64,000 bases of DNA, from positions 1 to 64,000 of the forward strand of contig NW_026576497.1 in the NCBI RefSeq assembly GCF_028641065.1. The letters are read 5' to 3'. Positions 1 to 11,351 of the stretch are shown here, one piece after another. A program made the translations under genes and the position numbers. The stretch is from Leucoraja erinacea (lineage: Eukaryota). Position 1 is the stretch's first letter; each line of letters starts with the position of its first letter. Below the pieces are notes generated by a model, which made no database searches, was not told the DNA's origin, and saw nothing but the letters and a program-made list of their open reading frames with translations.

Positions 1-9
1 GTGGGACAG

Positions 10-675
10 GGGTGTCCTGGTAGACCAGTCATTGAAAGTAGGATGCTGGTTCAGCAGGCAGTGAAAGAAGCAAATGGTATGGTTAGCAACACGATTGAGT
101 ATAGGAGCAGAGAGGTTCTACTGCAGTTGTAAAGGGCCTTGGTGAGACCACATGTGGAGTATTGCGTACAGTTTGGTCTCCTATACGTGCCATAGTACAC
201 CAGGCTGATTCCTGGGATGGCAGGACTTTCATATGAAGACAGACTGGATAGACTCAGCTTGTACTCGCTCGAATTTAGAAGATTGATGGTGGATCTCAGT
301 GAAAGATCTTAAGGGGTTGGAGAGGCTAGATGCAGGAAGATTGTCCCCGATGTTGGGGAAGCCCAGACCAAGGCGTCACAGTTTAAGGATAATGGGGAAA
401 TCTTTTAGGACAGAGATGAGAATTTGTTTTTCACACAGAGAGTGGTGAATCTCTGGAATTGTCTACCAAAGAAGGTAGTTGAGGCCAGTTCATTGGCTAT
501 ATTTAAGAGGGAGTTAGATGTGGCCCTTGTGGCTAATGGGATCAGGGGGTATGGAGAGAAGGCAGGTACAGGATACTGAGTTGGATGATCAGCCATGATC
601 ATATTGAATGGCGGTGCAGGCTCGAAGGGCCGAATGGCCTACTCCTGCACCTATTTTCTATGTTTCTATATTCCT
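10..675 (+). mobile_element. CR1 LINE, 5'-truncated 3' end
   Basis: RT C-terminal coding remnant and (TTTCTATG)n tail. Confidence 0.9.
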
Positions 676-1646
676 ATGTTCACCGTTTACCCTGCGTGTG
701 TCTTGCGGGGTAGGAATATTGGATACGACAGCTGGAGCGATCCCAATGATTATTGTATGCGCCCATTCAACACTTTTCCCGGGCACACGGTCTATTTGAA
801 AGTTGATACTCCAACAGCGATATTGCCAGTAATTTATCCGAAGAAGGGAGCGACATAAACCGTAACGGTCGCGAACAGAACACGAACTCATGGCCACCTG
901 AACCAGGACTGCGATATTTTGACGAATTTGAGCCCATATTGGTTATAGGGAGAATGACGCGTTAGAGATTTGTTTTGTTGGTGGTGCCGACTTCCCTAGA
1001 TAAACATGAAAGTGTTGAGAGTAAGACGTACATGGGAGAGAGCATCATGAAGGATAAAATAATAATAAAAAAGGGTTGATAGATACCGGTAAACACGAAG
1101 AGGAATAAATCAGTATTATCACTGCCGGGAGTACCGCGGAATACGCATTTATCGAGAGGGTAAAACAGATCCGAAACAAATGCTATGATGTGTCTTCAAA
1201 CATGTCGCTCGTGAGAATGGCGGAACTGGGGCTTTCTATAATACAAAGCAGCTTATTGTGCAACGGCGCCCTCTATGGGATGTGTCGATGGGATGTGTAT
1301 AATAAATTGGGCGAACGTCAAAACAGGCAAGTAATCCATGCATTTCAGGCTGTCTTATGATCTGATTGCGCTGCAATGATTAGTCGTGGAAAAATATAAA
1401 GCAATACGAACTCACAACACATCTGGTAGACCAAACTGTGCTACAAAAAATAAAAGATAAGTATATCCCCGGCGTTTCGAGACTTGATTAAATTGATATT
1501 ATCCACAAACACAACAGATAATAAACAACCGAGAAATGAGTTTTTGTATAATTGGTTAAGACACGTTCCCCACATAACTAAACACGATAAAGACACCCAG
1601 ATATGAAACCATTAATATCTTGTTGCCCCGAGTTGTCACGTTTTAC

Positions 1647-1716
1647 CTGGAACCCCGAATGTAGCAAGAGTTGAATAATAAACGGCGAAGACAGGTCCAT
1701 TTCCCGGCGCATGCAT
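1647..1716 (-). CDS. GPR139-like GPCR gene A, coding exon 1 (exon 2 lies left of the window)
   Basis: Reverse strand reads ATG...GTT CCA G|GTAAAA = MHAPGNGPVFAVYYSTLATFGVP. It is a 70-nt phase-1 exon nearly identical to exon 1 of genes B and C, and too short for the ORF track. Confidence 0.85.
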
Positions 1717-1769
1717 TTTCCTGGTGAACAATCAAATGGCGAGTTGTAATCTCTAATAGAGTCATCGCT

Positions 1770-1860
1770 GTCCTTATATTCAGTCCAGGTAGCAATCTCG
1801 AGGGAGCAATAACATCGTCATAATCGTTAGTTACAGCTACGTGAACAAACAAATTATGGC
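1770..1860 (-). promoter_or_regulatory. Proximal promoter of GPCR gene A
   Basis: Minus-strand TTGTTTGTTC (1852-1843), TGTAACTAACGA and TATAAG, at similar spacing from the ATG as in genes B and C. Confidence 0.5.
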
Positions 1861-2589
1861 AGTCACCTGCACACGTCTGTTACCTAATTAGAGGTGAAGA
1901 CATACAGGTTAATGATGGAACATTGCCCGTATTTGGATGAAAAACAACAATTAACTGACAGTAGGCAGCTCCTGATATTTTCAAGGAGCGAAGTTAGATA
2001 GAGCGAAATAAAATGCAAAATATGTGAGATTAAATAGAAAACGAGTGTACGAACACAATATTGACCGAAGGATCTAACGCTTCATTGCTTTCCAGTGAGG
2101 AGGAAATTTCACTTTGTAAAAGTTCACGTTCTAAAGTTACATGAGTAGAATTACGCCATTCGGACCATCGAGCCTTTTCCGCCATTAAATCACGGCTGAT
2201 CTCTGCCTCCTCATCCCATTTTCCTGCCTTCAGAGCGAGAAGTTTTGAGTATAGGAGTAAACAGGTTCAACTGCTGTTGCAAACGGCCCTGGTGAGCCCA
2301 CACCTGGATTATTGTTTCTAGTTTTGTCTCCTAATCTGGGGAAGGCCAATCTTGCTATTGAGGTGAACGTTTTCACCGAGATAGTTACGATTCTGCGGAA
2401 TTCTCAGACACAGAAGGAAGTGGATGTTTTCAAGAGAGAGGTAAATATATCGCTCTTCAGGCTAATGGAATCAAGGGATACGGGGAAAAAGCAGGAACTG
2501 GGTACTGATTTTGCATGATCAGCCATGATGAAATTGAATGGCGGTACTGGCTCGAAGGGCAGAATGGCCTAGTCCTGCACATTTGAAAG

Positions 2590-3270
2590 AAAATATTTTT
2601 ATTAGAAGCAAACACATATTTATAAACATTTCATGTATATCAGTCGTACATTGTTAATATTATCAATTGTACATTGGTTCTGCTTTTAGTTGTTATTAAA
2701 GATAGGAAGTAAGAGAGAAAGAGGAAAAAAAACACAAATGTCAAGATAAAAAATGGAATGATTTACTGATAATACATTTACTAAAGAATGGAATGATTTA
2801 CTAATACATCTTCGGAGATAGGTTCGTGGATTATAAAGTATAACTTTTCATCTAATCCTGAGTTCAAGCTTCAGTTAGGTTCCCGTGCTGAACCAATCTA
2901 TCCCTTCAAATAGTCAATGAATGGAGACCATATTCTAATAAAAAGTTCTTGTTTGTCAATTAAGACAAATCTGATTCTTTCCAGGTGTAGGGCCTCCAAC
3001 GATTCCATAATCCACAGTTTAATTGTGGGGGCTGTAGGTCCTTTCCAAAATGTTAGTATTAATTTTTCCCCAGTTATTATACTGTAATCAAGAAAGCCTC
3101 TTTGGTTTGTTGAGAGTGTTAGACTTTGTTCTGTTATGCCAGGTATTATTAGTTTTGAATTGGGATCTAAGTTAGTATTAATAACAGAAATTATTCTAAA
3201 AATATCAATCCAGAAATTTTTGATTTTTATACAGTTTAAAAAAGTATGTGCTAGGTTAGCCTCTAGATGC
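2590..3270 (-). mobile_element. L1/Tx1-clade LINE 3' fragment
   Basis: Minus-strand translation ...KLILTFWKGPTAPTIKLW...LERIRF...IWSPFIDYL resembles an L1-clade ORF2 C-terminus. Confidence 0.7.
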
Positions 3271-3844
3271 TGTCATTTATTTTCCTGTTTCTATGTTTTT
3301 TTTGTTTCCAGATTACCCTTGATACATTTTCTAATCAAGAATCTGTCTATCTCTGAATTAAAAATATTCACTTAATGTCCTCCACAACCATCAATGACAA
3401 TTAGTTCCATAGATTAACTACTCTCTGGCAACAGATGTTTCTCCTCACCTCCTTTCTAAAAAAGCGCCCTTTAACTCTGCGGCTAAGATCTCTTGTCCAA
3501 GACCCTCCCACCAGTGAAAAAATCGTGTCCACATCCACTCAATCTATGTCTTTCATTATTCTGTAAGTTTCAATGAGATCCCTCCTTAACCTTTTAAAGT
3601 CCAGCGAGTAGCGGCCCAGTGCTTTCAAACGTATATCGCAAGCTCACCCACACGTTCCACGAACAATTCTTGTACACCCCCTCTGGACCATTTCCAGAGT
3701 CAGGGTCAGGGAAAGGTCTGGACTGGAAACACAAGTTCCTTAAACCTTGTGAGTTTCGCTTGCCGTTTAGAACGTTCCATTTAAAGTCGCCATTAACGTT
3801 TCAATCCGCAGGATTGCTTGAAGCCACAGACATGCGTAAACGAC

Positions 3845-4237
3845 GGCACACACGCACACACGCACACACACGCACACACACGCACACACACAACGCACAN
3901 NNNNNNNNNNNNNNNNNNNNNNNNNNNNNNNNNNNNNNNNNNNNNNNNNNNNNNNNNNNNNNNNNNNNNNNNNNNNNNNNNNNNNNNNNNNNNNNNNNNN
4001 NNNNNNNNNNNNNNNNNNNNNNNNNNNNNNCGCGCANNNNNNNNNNNNNNNNNNNNNNNNNNNNNNNNNNNNNNNNNNNNNNNNNNNNNNNNNNNNNNNN
4101 NNNNNNNNNNNNNNNNNNNNNNNNNNNNNNNNNNNNNNNNNNNNNNNNNNNNNNNNNNNNNNNNNNNNNNNNNNNNNNNNNNNNNNNNNNNNNNNNNNNN
4201 NNNNNNNNNNNNNNNNNNNNNNNNNNNNNNNNNNNNN
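3845..4237. repeat. (CA/CG)n microsatellite running into an N-masked tract
   Basis: CACACG repeats followed by Ns with an embedded cgcgca. Confidence 0.85.
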
Positions 4238-4877
4238 ATCACTTCATGTGTTGCCTATGCACCATTCCAGGACACCGTGTACAACTCCATACGGCTCCGG
4301 CGATTGAAGTGGGACCGGCCCTGCGAGCCGTACGGCTCAAGCGATCAGGTTAGGTCGCGCTTGCCGCATGGAGTCGCATGCTCGTGGGACAGGCACTTTA
4401 ATGTCTCGATTTTAATCGTGTATTATCTTTCCGCTGACTGCGTTGCACGCGCCAAAAGCTTCTTACTGTATCTCGGTACACGTGGCAATAAACTGTACTG
4501 TAACCTGAAAAATAATCTGATCCGACTGCACACTATCCATATCGATCCATTCCCACCATATCCATGATTCTAACTAAACATCTAGTAAACGTCATTATAG
4601 TTCCTGTTTCCACTCTCACCCCGGCCATGCTAGCAAGTGGCGCAAACAGTAACTTTTCAATCTGCCTTCGGGACATTGGTGCAACGTTGAGTCCGGTTCG
4701 GGTAGGGAACTTTGGTTGCCATTTTCGGTAAAGTGCTCTAGGATATCAGGGGCAACTCGATATTCCTCGTTTTGATTAGAGTCCATCAAGCGGGAACCCT
4801 CGGCTGCGTGTGACATTTGCTGTGCTGGAGTTTGAGGTGAGAGTGGGGGTGATGTGTGTTTCGCCTAGACTCGTTTC

Positions 4878-5177
4878 CAGAACAAGGGGTCACAGTTTAA
4901 GGATAAAGGGGAAATATTTCGGACTGAGATGAGAAAACACATATTTACACAGAGAGTGGTGAATCGCTGTCATTCTCTGCCACAGAAGGTAGTTGAGGCC
5001 ACAGTTCATTGGCTATATTTAAGAGGGAGTTAGATGTGGCCCTTGTGGCTGAAGGGATCAGGGGGCATGGAGAGAAAGCAGGTACAGGATACTGATTGGA
5101 TGATCAGCCATGATCATATTGAATGGCGGTGCAGGCTCGAAGGGCCTATTTCCTATGTGTCTTTGTTTCTATGTTTC
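4878..5177 (+). mobile_element. CR1 LINE 3' fragment next to the V1 RSS
   Basis: CR1 3' end sequence and tail. Confidence 0.85.
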
Positions 5178-5281
5178 TTGAAACCAAAGATCTTGCACAG
5201 TTGAGGTTGATTCCTAACGCGGGGGAACAGTTTGTTGGAACTGGAGGGTTGCGGCTTGCGGTTGTGTTTTTTTTTTTTTTA

Positions 5282-5320
5282 GGTTTTTGTTGAGCGACAG
5301 CTGAATGTTCAAACACTGTG
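5282..5320 (-). other. 23-bp recombination signal sequence of V1
   Basis: CACAGTG (5320-5314), 23-nt spacer, ACAAAAACC (5290-5282): perfect consensus. Confidence 0.97.
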
Positions 5321-5624
5321 AGCTTCAGCGCGCAGAGATACAGGCCGGAGTCCTGCAGTGTTGCTTGTGTGATTGTCAATGGGATATTCCCCCCAGCGTT
5401 GGCCTGATCAGCCGCGAACCTCTCCTTTGCAAAATCCGCTTCTTCATTTTCGCTGTTATCCCGATACAAAATGAACTCCGGAGCCTGATCCGCTTGCTGT
5501 CGGTACCAATAGAGGCCGGGGTCGTCGTATTCTGTCGTGTAGCTGCACTGTATTTTCACTGTCTCTCCTTCAGCCACACTTAACTCGGCCTGCGGCTGCG
5601 TTACCGACTCTCCCCAAATAGCCC
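5321..5624 (-). CDS. T-cell receptor alpha/delta-type V segment 1 (apparently functional)
   Basis: Acceptor tttccag|GG GCT. Reads ESVTQPQAELSVAEGETVKIQC...LYWYRQ...DSGLYLCALK with V-set Cys/Trp/Cys, followed directly by an RSS. Confidence 0.93.
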
Positions 5625-5720
5625 CTGGAAATTAAACGTGGGTGAATTGAGTACAGCATTGACTTGGAAGCTGCAAACATCGCATAAAACACAAAAGAGA
5701 AAAGGCAACGCGAAACTTAC

Positions 5721-5760
5721 CGAACAATGTGCATATTATCATGAGAATGTGGCAGAACAT
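5721..5760 (-). CDS. TCR V segment 1, leader exon
   Basis: MFCHILMIICTLF+G, donor GTAAGT, 96-nt intron to the V exon. Confidence 0.9.
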
Positions 5761-5882
5761 GGTCTCGTGGTTAACCTCGGTAGCAGACGTCTGCAGTAGC
5801 TTATCCGTTACCTGTAAAGATCGGACGGTTTGAGGCGATTGAAGGCGGGAGGCGTGCCGAAAGCTGAGGAAGTATCTACCTT

Positions 5883-6151
5883 GGCCGCAGCGGGAGAATT
5901 GCTTGCGCCAGAGACCCGGGTTTGAACCTGACCACAGGTGTTGTCTTGACGGAGTCTTTGCACCTTCTCCCTCTCACCTTCGTGGGGTGTTCTCCGGGCG
6001 CTCCGGTTTACTCCCACACTCCAAAGACGGCTTGGAAAAAATAGTAAATTATCCCCAGTGTGTGTAGGCTGGTGTTAGTGGGCGCGGACTCGGTGCGCCG
6101 AAGGAAGTTATTCCGCGCAGCATCTCAAAACAGAACTAAACCAAATTTAAA
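5883..6151 (+). mobile_element. tRNA-derived V-SINE (HE1-like) upstream of V1; copies near 8866-9127 and 9997-10266
   Basis: tRNA-like head with B box GGGTTTGAACC, V-domain TTCTCCGGGCGCTCCGGTTTACTCCCAC, and ACTAA-type tail. Confidence 0.7.
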
Positions 6152-6209
6152 TGAAGTAAGCGGCAGTCTTTTAACGCGAGTAATAACACAGCTGGGTGTG
6201 TTTTTTGCT

Positions 6210-6229
6210 ACTTCCTGTGGCGTCACGTG
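6210..6229. promoter_or_regulatory. Composite ETS/CRE-half/E-box motif upstream of the V1 leader (copies near 9185 and 10323)
   Basis: ACTTCCTGTGGCGTCACGTG is identical in all three cassettes. Confidence 0.4.
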
Positions 6230-6529
6230 TTCGTCAGCATTGGTGTTTTCTCGGGCGAATGGTGGTGGTGGGGGGGGGGGGGGGGGCGCATCCTTCTGTT
6301 GGGAGAGTTTCCGTTTGTCTATGCATCCATCCTTCCTCCCCACATCACCAATTGGTATTTAGCGCCGAAACAGGCCCTTGAGCCCACCAAGCCGAGCAGC
6401 GATCTCCGCAGCCGAACGCTATCCCCCCGCACACTAACGATAGTTAACAATTATACCAAGTCAATTAACATACAAACCCGAGGGTCATTGGGGGGAAACC
6501 GAAGATCCCGGAGAAAACCCACGCAGGTC

Positions 6530-8130
6530 AAATAGGGAATTCCACAGATTCACAACTCTCAGCGTGAACAAGTTTTTTCTCACCCTCAGTCTTAAATGGC
6601 CACCCCTTTATTCTAAGTCTGTGGCCCCTGGTTCTGGACTCGCCCAACATTGGGAACATTTTTCCTGCATCTAGCTTGGCCAGTCCTTGTATCATTTTAT
6701 ATGTTTCTATAAGATCCCTCCCCCCCCTCATACTTTTAAACTCCAGTCAATACAAGTCTAGTCTTTTCAATCTTTACTCATATGACCGTCCCGCCATCCC
6801 AGGGAGCAATCTCGCGAACATACGCTGCACTGCAACAATCACAAGTATGTCCTTCCAAAAATTAGGAGACAAAAACTGTACACAATACTCCAGATGTGGT
6901 CTTACCGGAGCCCTATACAACTGCAGAAGAACCTTGTTACTCCTATACTGAAATCCTCTTGTTATGAAGGCAAACATTCCATTAGCTTTCTTCACTGCCT
7001 GCTGTACCTGCACGCCAACTTTCGGTGACCGGTGTACAAGGACGCCCAGGTCTCGTTGCACTTCCCCATTACATAGAAACATAGGAAAACATAGAAATTA
7101 GGTGCAGGAGTAGGCCATTCGGCCCTTCGAGCCTGCACCGCCATTCAATATGATCATGGATGATTCATCCAACTCAGTATCCCGTACCTGCCTTCTCTCC
7201 ATACCCCTGATCCCCTTAGCCACAAGGGCCACATCTAACTCCCTCTTAAATATAGCCAATGAACTGTGTCCTCGACTACCCTCTGCGGCAGAGTTCCACA
7301 GATTCACCACTCTCTGTGTGAAAAAAGTTATTCTCATCTCGGTTTTAAAGGAGTTCCCCTTTATCCTTAAGCTATGACCCCTTGGCCTTGGAGTTACCCA
7401 AAATCGGGCACCATCTTGCGGCATCTAGCCTGTCCAACCCTTAAGAATTTTGTAAGTTTCTATAAGATCCCCTCTCAATCTCGTAAATTCTATAGAGTAT
7501 AAACCAAGTCTATCCAGTCTTTCTTTCATAAGACAGTCCTGACATCCCAGGAATCAGTCTGGTGAACCGTCTCTGCACTCCCTCTATGGCAATAATGTGC
7601 TTCCTCAGATTTGGAGACCAAAACTGTACGCAATACTCCAGGTGTGGTCTCACCAAGACCCTGTACAACTGCAGTAGAACCTCTCTGCTCCTATACTCAA
7701 ATCCTTTTGCAATGAAAGCTAACATACCATTCGCTTTCTTTACTGCCTGCTGCACCTGCATGCCTACCTTCAATGACTGGTGTACCATGACACCCAGGTT
7801 TCGCTGCACCTCCCCCTTACCAAACCTAACCCCATTGAGATAATAATCTGCCCCCTTGTTTTTGCCGCCAAAGTGGATAAACCTCACATTTATCCATATT
7901 ATACTGCATCTGCCATACATCTTGCCCACTCACTCAACCTGTCCAAGTCACCCTGCAACCTCCTAACATCCTCTTCACAGTTCACACTGCCACCCAGCGT
8001 TGTGTCATCCGCAAACATGCTAGTGTTGCTGCGAATTCCCTCTTCAAAAAACATTAATATATATGGTAAAACTGTTGCGGCCCCAACACCGAGCCTTGCG
8101 GCACTCCACTCGCCACTGCCTGCCATTTTC
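6530..8130 (-). mobile_element. Two adjacent CR1 fragments between V1 and V2
   Basis: RT C-terminal ORF remnants (LVRPHLEYCVQFWSP) and a tail at 7071-7100. Confidence 0.9.
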
Positions 8131-8259
8131 CCATGTTTCTTTGTTTCTATGTTTCTTGAAACCAAAGATCTTGCACAGCTGAGGTTGATTCCTAACGCGG
8201 GGGGGGAAACAGTTTGTTGGAAACTGGAGGGTTGCGGTTTGCGGTTGTGTTTTGTTCTA

Positions 8260-8743
8260 GGTTTTTGTTGAGCGACAGCTGAATGTTGAAACAAACATGT
8301 GGGACTCAGCGCGCAGAGATACAGGCCGGAGTCCTGCAGTGTTGTTGTGTGATTGTCAATGGGATATTCCCTCCAGCGTTGGTCTGATCAGCCGCGAACC
8401 TCTCCTTTGCAAAAATCCGCTTCTTCATTTTCGCTGTTATCCCGATACAAAAAATGAACTCCGGAGCCTGATCCGCTTGCTGTCGGTACCAATAGAGGTC
8501 GGGGTTGGCGTATTCTGTCGTGTAGCTGCACTGTATTTTCACTGTTTCTCTTCAGCCACAGTTAACTCGGCCTGCGGCTGCGTTACCGACTCTCCCCAAA
8601 TAGCCCCTGGAAATTAAACGTGGGTGAGTTGTGTTCAGCATTGAGTTGGAAAGTTGCAAACATCGCATAAAACACAAAAGAGAAAAGGCAACGCGAAACT
8701 TACCGAACAATGTGCATATTATCATGAGAATGTGGCAGAACAT
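8260..8743 (-). pseudogene. TCR V segment 2 (duplicate of V1), frameshifted with disrupted RSS in this assembly
   Basis: Leader 8704-8743 is identical to V1. V exon 8302-8606 has four small indels (two in A-runs). Heptamer CACATGT with a 26-nt spacer and an intact nonamer at 8260-8268. Confidence 0.8.
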
Positions 8744-9861
8744 GGTCTCGTGGTTAACCTCGGTAGCAGACGTCTGCAGTAGCTTATCCGTAACCTGTAA
8801 AGAACGGACGGTTTGAGGAGATTGAAGGCGGGAGGCGTGCCGAAAGCTGAGGAAGTATCTACCTTGGGTGCAGCGGGAGAATTGTTTGCGCAAGAGACCC
8901 GGGTTTGAACCTGACCACAGGTGTTGTCTTGACGGAGTCTTTGCACCTTCTCCTTCTCACCTTCGTGGGTTGTTCTCCGGGCGCTCCGGTTTACTCCCAC
9001 AAGACGGCTTAGAAAAAATAGTGAATTATCCCTACTGTGTAGGCTGGTGTTAGTGGGCGCGGACTCGGTTCGCCGAAGGGAGTTATTCCGCGCAGCATCT
9101 CATAACAGAACTAAACCAAATTTAAATGAAGTAAGCGGCAGTCTTTTAACGCGAGTAATAACACCGCTGGGTGTGGTTTTTGCTACTTCCTGTGGCGTCA
9201 CGTGTTCGTCAGCATTGGTCTTTTCTCGGGCGAATGGTGGGGGGGTGGGGGGGGGGGGGGGGAGGCGCATCCTTCTGTTGGGAGAGTTTCCGTTTGTCTA
9301 TGCATCCATCCTTCCTCCCCACATCACCAATTGGTATTTAGCGCCGAAACAGGCCCTTGAGCCCACCAAGCCGAGCAGCGATCTCCGCAGACGAACGCTA
9401 TCCTCCGCACACTAACGATAGTTAACAATTATACCAAGTCAATTAACATACAAACCCGAGGGTCATTGGGGGGAAACCGAAGATCCCGGAGAAATCCCAC
9501 GCAGGTCAAATAGGGAATTCCACAGATTCACAACTCTCTGCGTGAAAAAGTTTTTTCTCACCTCAGTCTTAAATGGCCACCCCTTTATTCTAAAACTGTG
9601 CCCCTGGTTCTGGACTCGGCCAACATTGGGAACATTTTCCCTGCGTCTAGCTTGTCCAGTCCTTGTATCATTTTATATGTTTCTAGAAGATACCCCCTCA
9701 TCCTTCTATACTCCAGTGAATACAAGTCTAGTATTTTCAATCTTTACTCATATGACAGTCCCGCCATCCCAGGGATCAATCTCGTGAACCTACGCTGCAC
9801 TGCCTCAATCACAAGGATGTTCTTCCTCAAATTAGGAGACCAAAACTGTACACAATACTCC

Positions 9862-10500
9862 ATGTGGCAGAACATGGTCTCGTGGTTAACCTCGGTAGCA
9901 GACTTCTGCAATAGCTTATCCGTTACCTGTAAAGAGCGGACGGTTTGAGGCGATTGAAGGCGGGAGGCGTGCCGAAAGCTGAGGAAGTATCTACTTTGGG
10001 CGCAGCGGGAGAATTGCTACGCCAGAGACCCGGGTTTGAACCTGACCACAGGTGTTGTCTTGACGGAGTCTTTGCAGCTTCTCCCTCTCACCTTCGTGGG
10101 TTGTTCTCCGGGCGCTCCGGTTTACTCCCACACTCCAAAGACGGCTTGGAAAAAATAGTAAATTATCCCTAGTGTGTGTAGGCTGGTGTTAGTGGGCGCG
10201 GACTCGGTGCGCCTAAGGGAGTTATTCCGCGCAGCATCTCAAAACAGAACTAAACCAAATTTAAATGAAGTAAGCGGCAGTCTTTTAACGCGAGTCATGA
10301 CCCGCTGGGTGTGGTTTTTGCTACTTCCTGTGGCGTCACGTGTTCGTCAGCATTGGCGTTTTCTCGGCGAAATGGTGGGGGGGGGGGGGGGGGGGGGGGG
10401 GAGGAGACGCATCCTTTTCTGTTTGGAGAGTTTCCGTTTGTCTATGCATCCATCCTTCCTCCCCACATCACCAATTGGTATTTAGCGCCGAAACAGGCCC
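9862..10500 (-). pseudogene. TCR V segment 3 remnant: upstream region plus first 14 nt of the leader; V exon and RSS deleted
   Basis: Third copy of the V1/V2 upstream block. ATGTTCTGCCACAT (9875-9862) is joined directly to a CR1 fragment. Confidence 0.8.
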
Positions 10501-11351
10501 TTCAGCCCACCAAACCGAGCAGCGATCTCCGCAGCCGAACGCTATCCCCCCGCACACTAACGATAGTTAACAATTATACCAAGTCAATTAACATACAAAC
10601 CCGAGGGTCATTGGGGGGAAACCGAAGATCCCGGAGAAAACCCACGCAGGTCAAATAGGGAATTCCACAGATTCACAACTCTCAGCGTGAACAAGTTTTT
10701 TCTCACCTCAGTCTTAAATGGCCACCCCTTTATTCTAAGACTGTGCCTCCTGGTTCTGGACTCGCCCAACATTGGGACCCTTTTCCTGCATCTAGCTTGG
10801 CCAGTCCTTGTATCATTTTATGTGTTTCTAGAAGATTCCCCCTCATCCTTCTAAACTCCAGTGAATACAAGTCTAGTCTTTTCAATCTTTACTCATATGA
10901 CAGTCCCGCCATCCCAGGGATCAATCTCGCGAACGGTAATAGAGGAAAACAGTGTTTTAGTAGCTTACATCGGTGGAATCCTTGTCGATATAAAGGGGAG
11001 AGGTTCCAGAATGTGGGTCGCCTACACATTTTAAAATTGTGATCTGCACTCCCAATTGCAAGGTATTGTTCTGTGATTGAAATTCCCGTCGCCGTTTCGC
11101 TCGAATACAAACCCTTTGCAATGAAAAAAACTTTTTGCTATCCTACGGCCAACGTATTGCCAACGTTCTTGCTGTCCATATAACGTCATGAGTTTATTTT
11201 GAGTAAGTCCTTTCACGTAATCGAAGAGCTTTGAAAGTTCATCCAACCAACCAACAATATAATTAGTAACGATTTAGTAAATTATCAACTTAAATTACAT
11301 GACCCATCCAGTCAATTTTTCCAAAAAGTACTGACTTCTATGTGATCCTCA

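Noticed and set aside
3619-4567. Long ORFs spanning N tracts (also 32701-33554 and 35880-36182)
   Set aside because: Artefacts of masked microsatellite or gap sequence.
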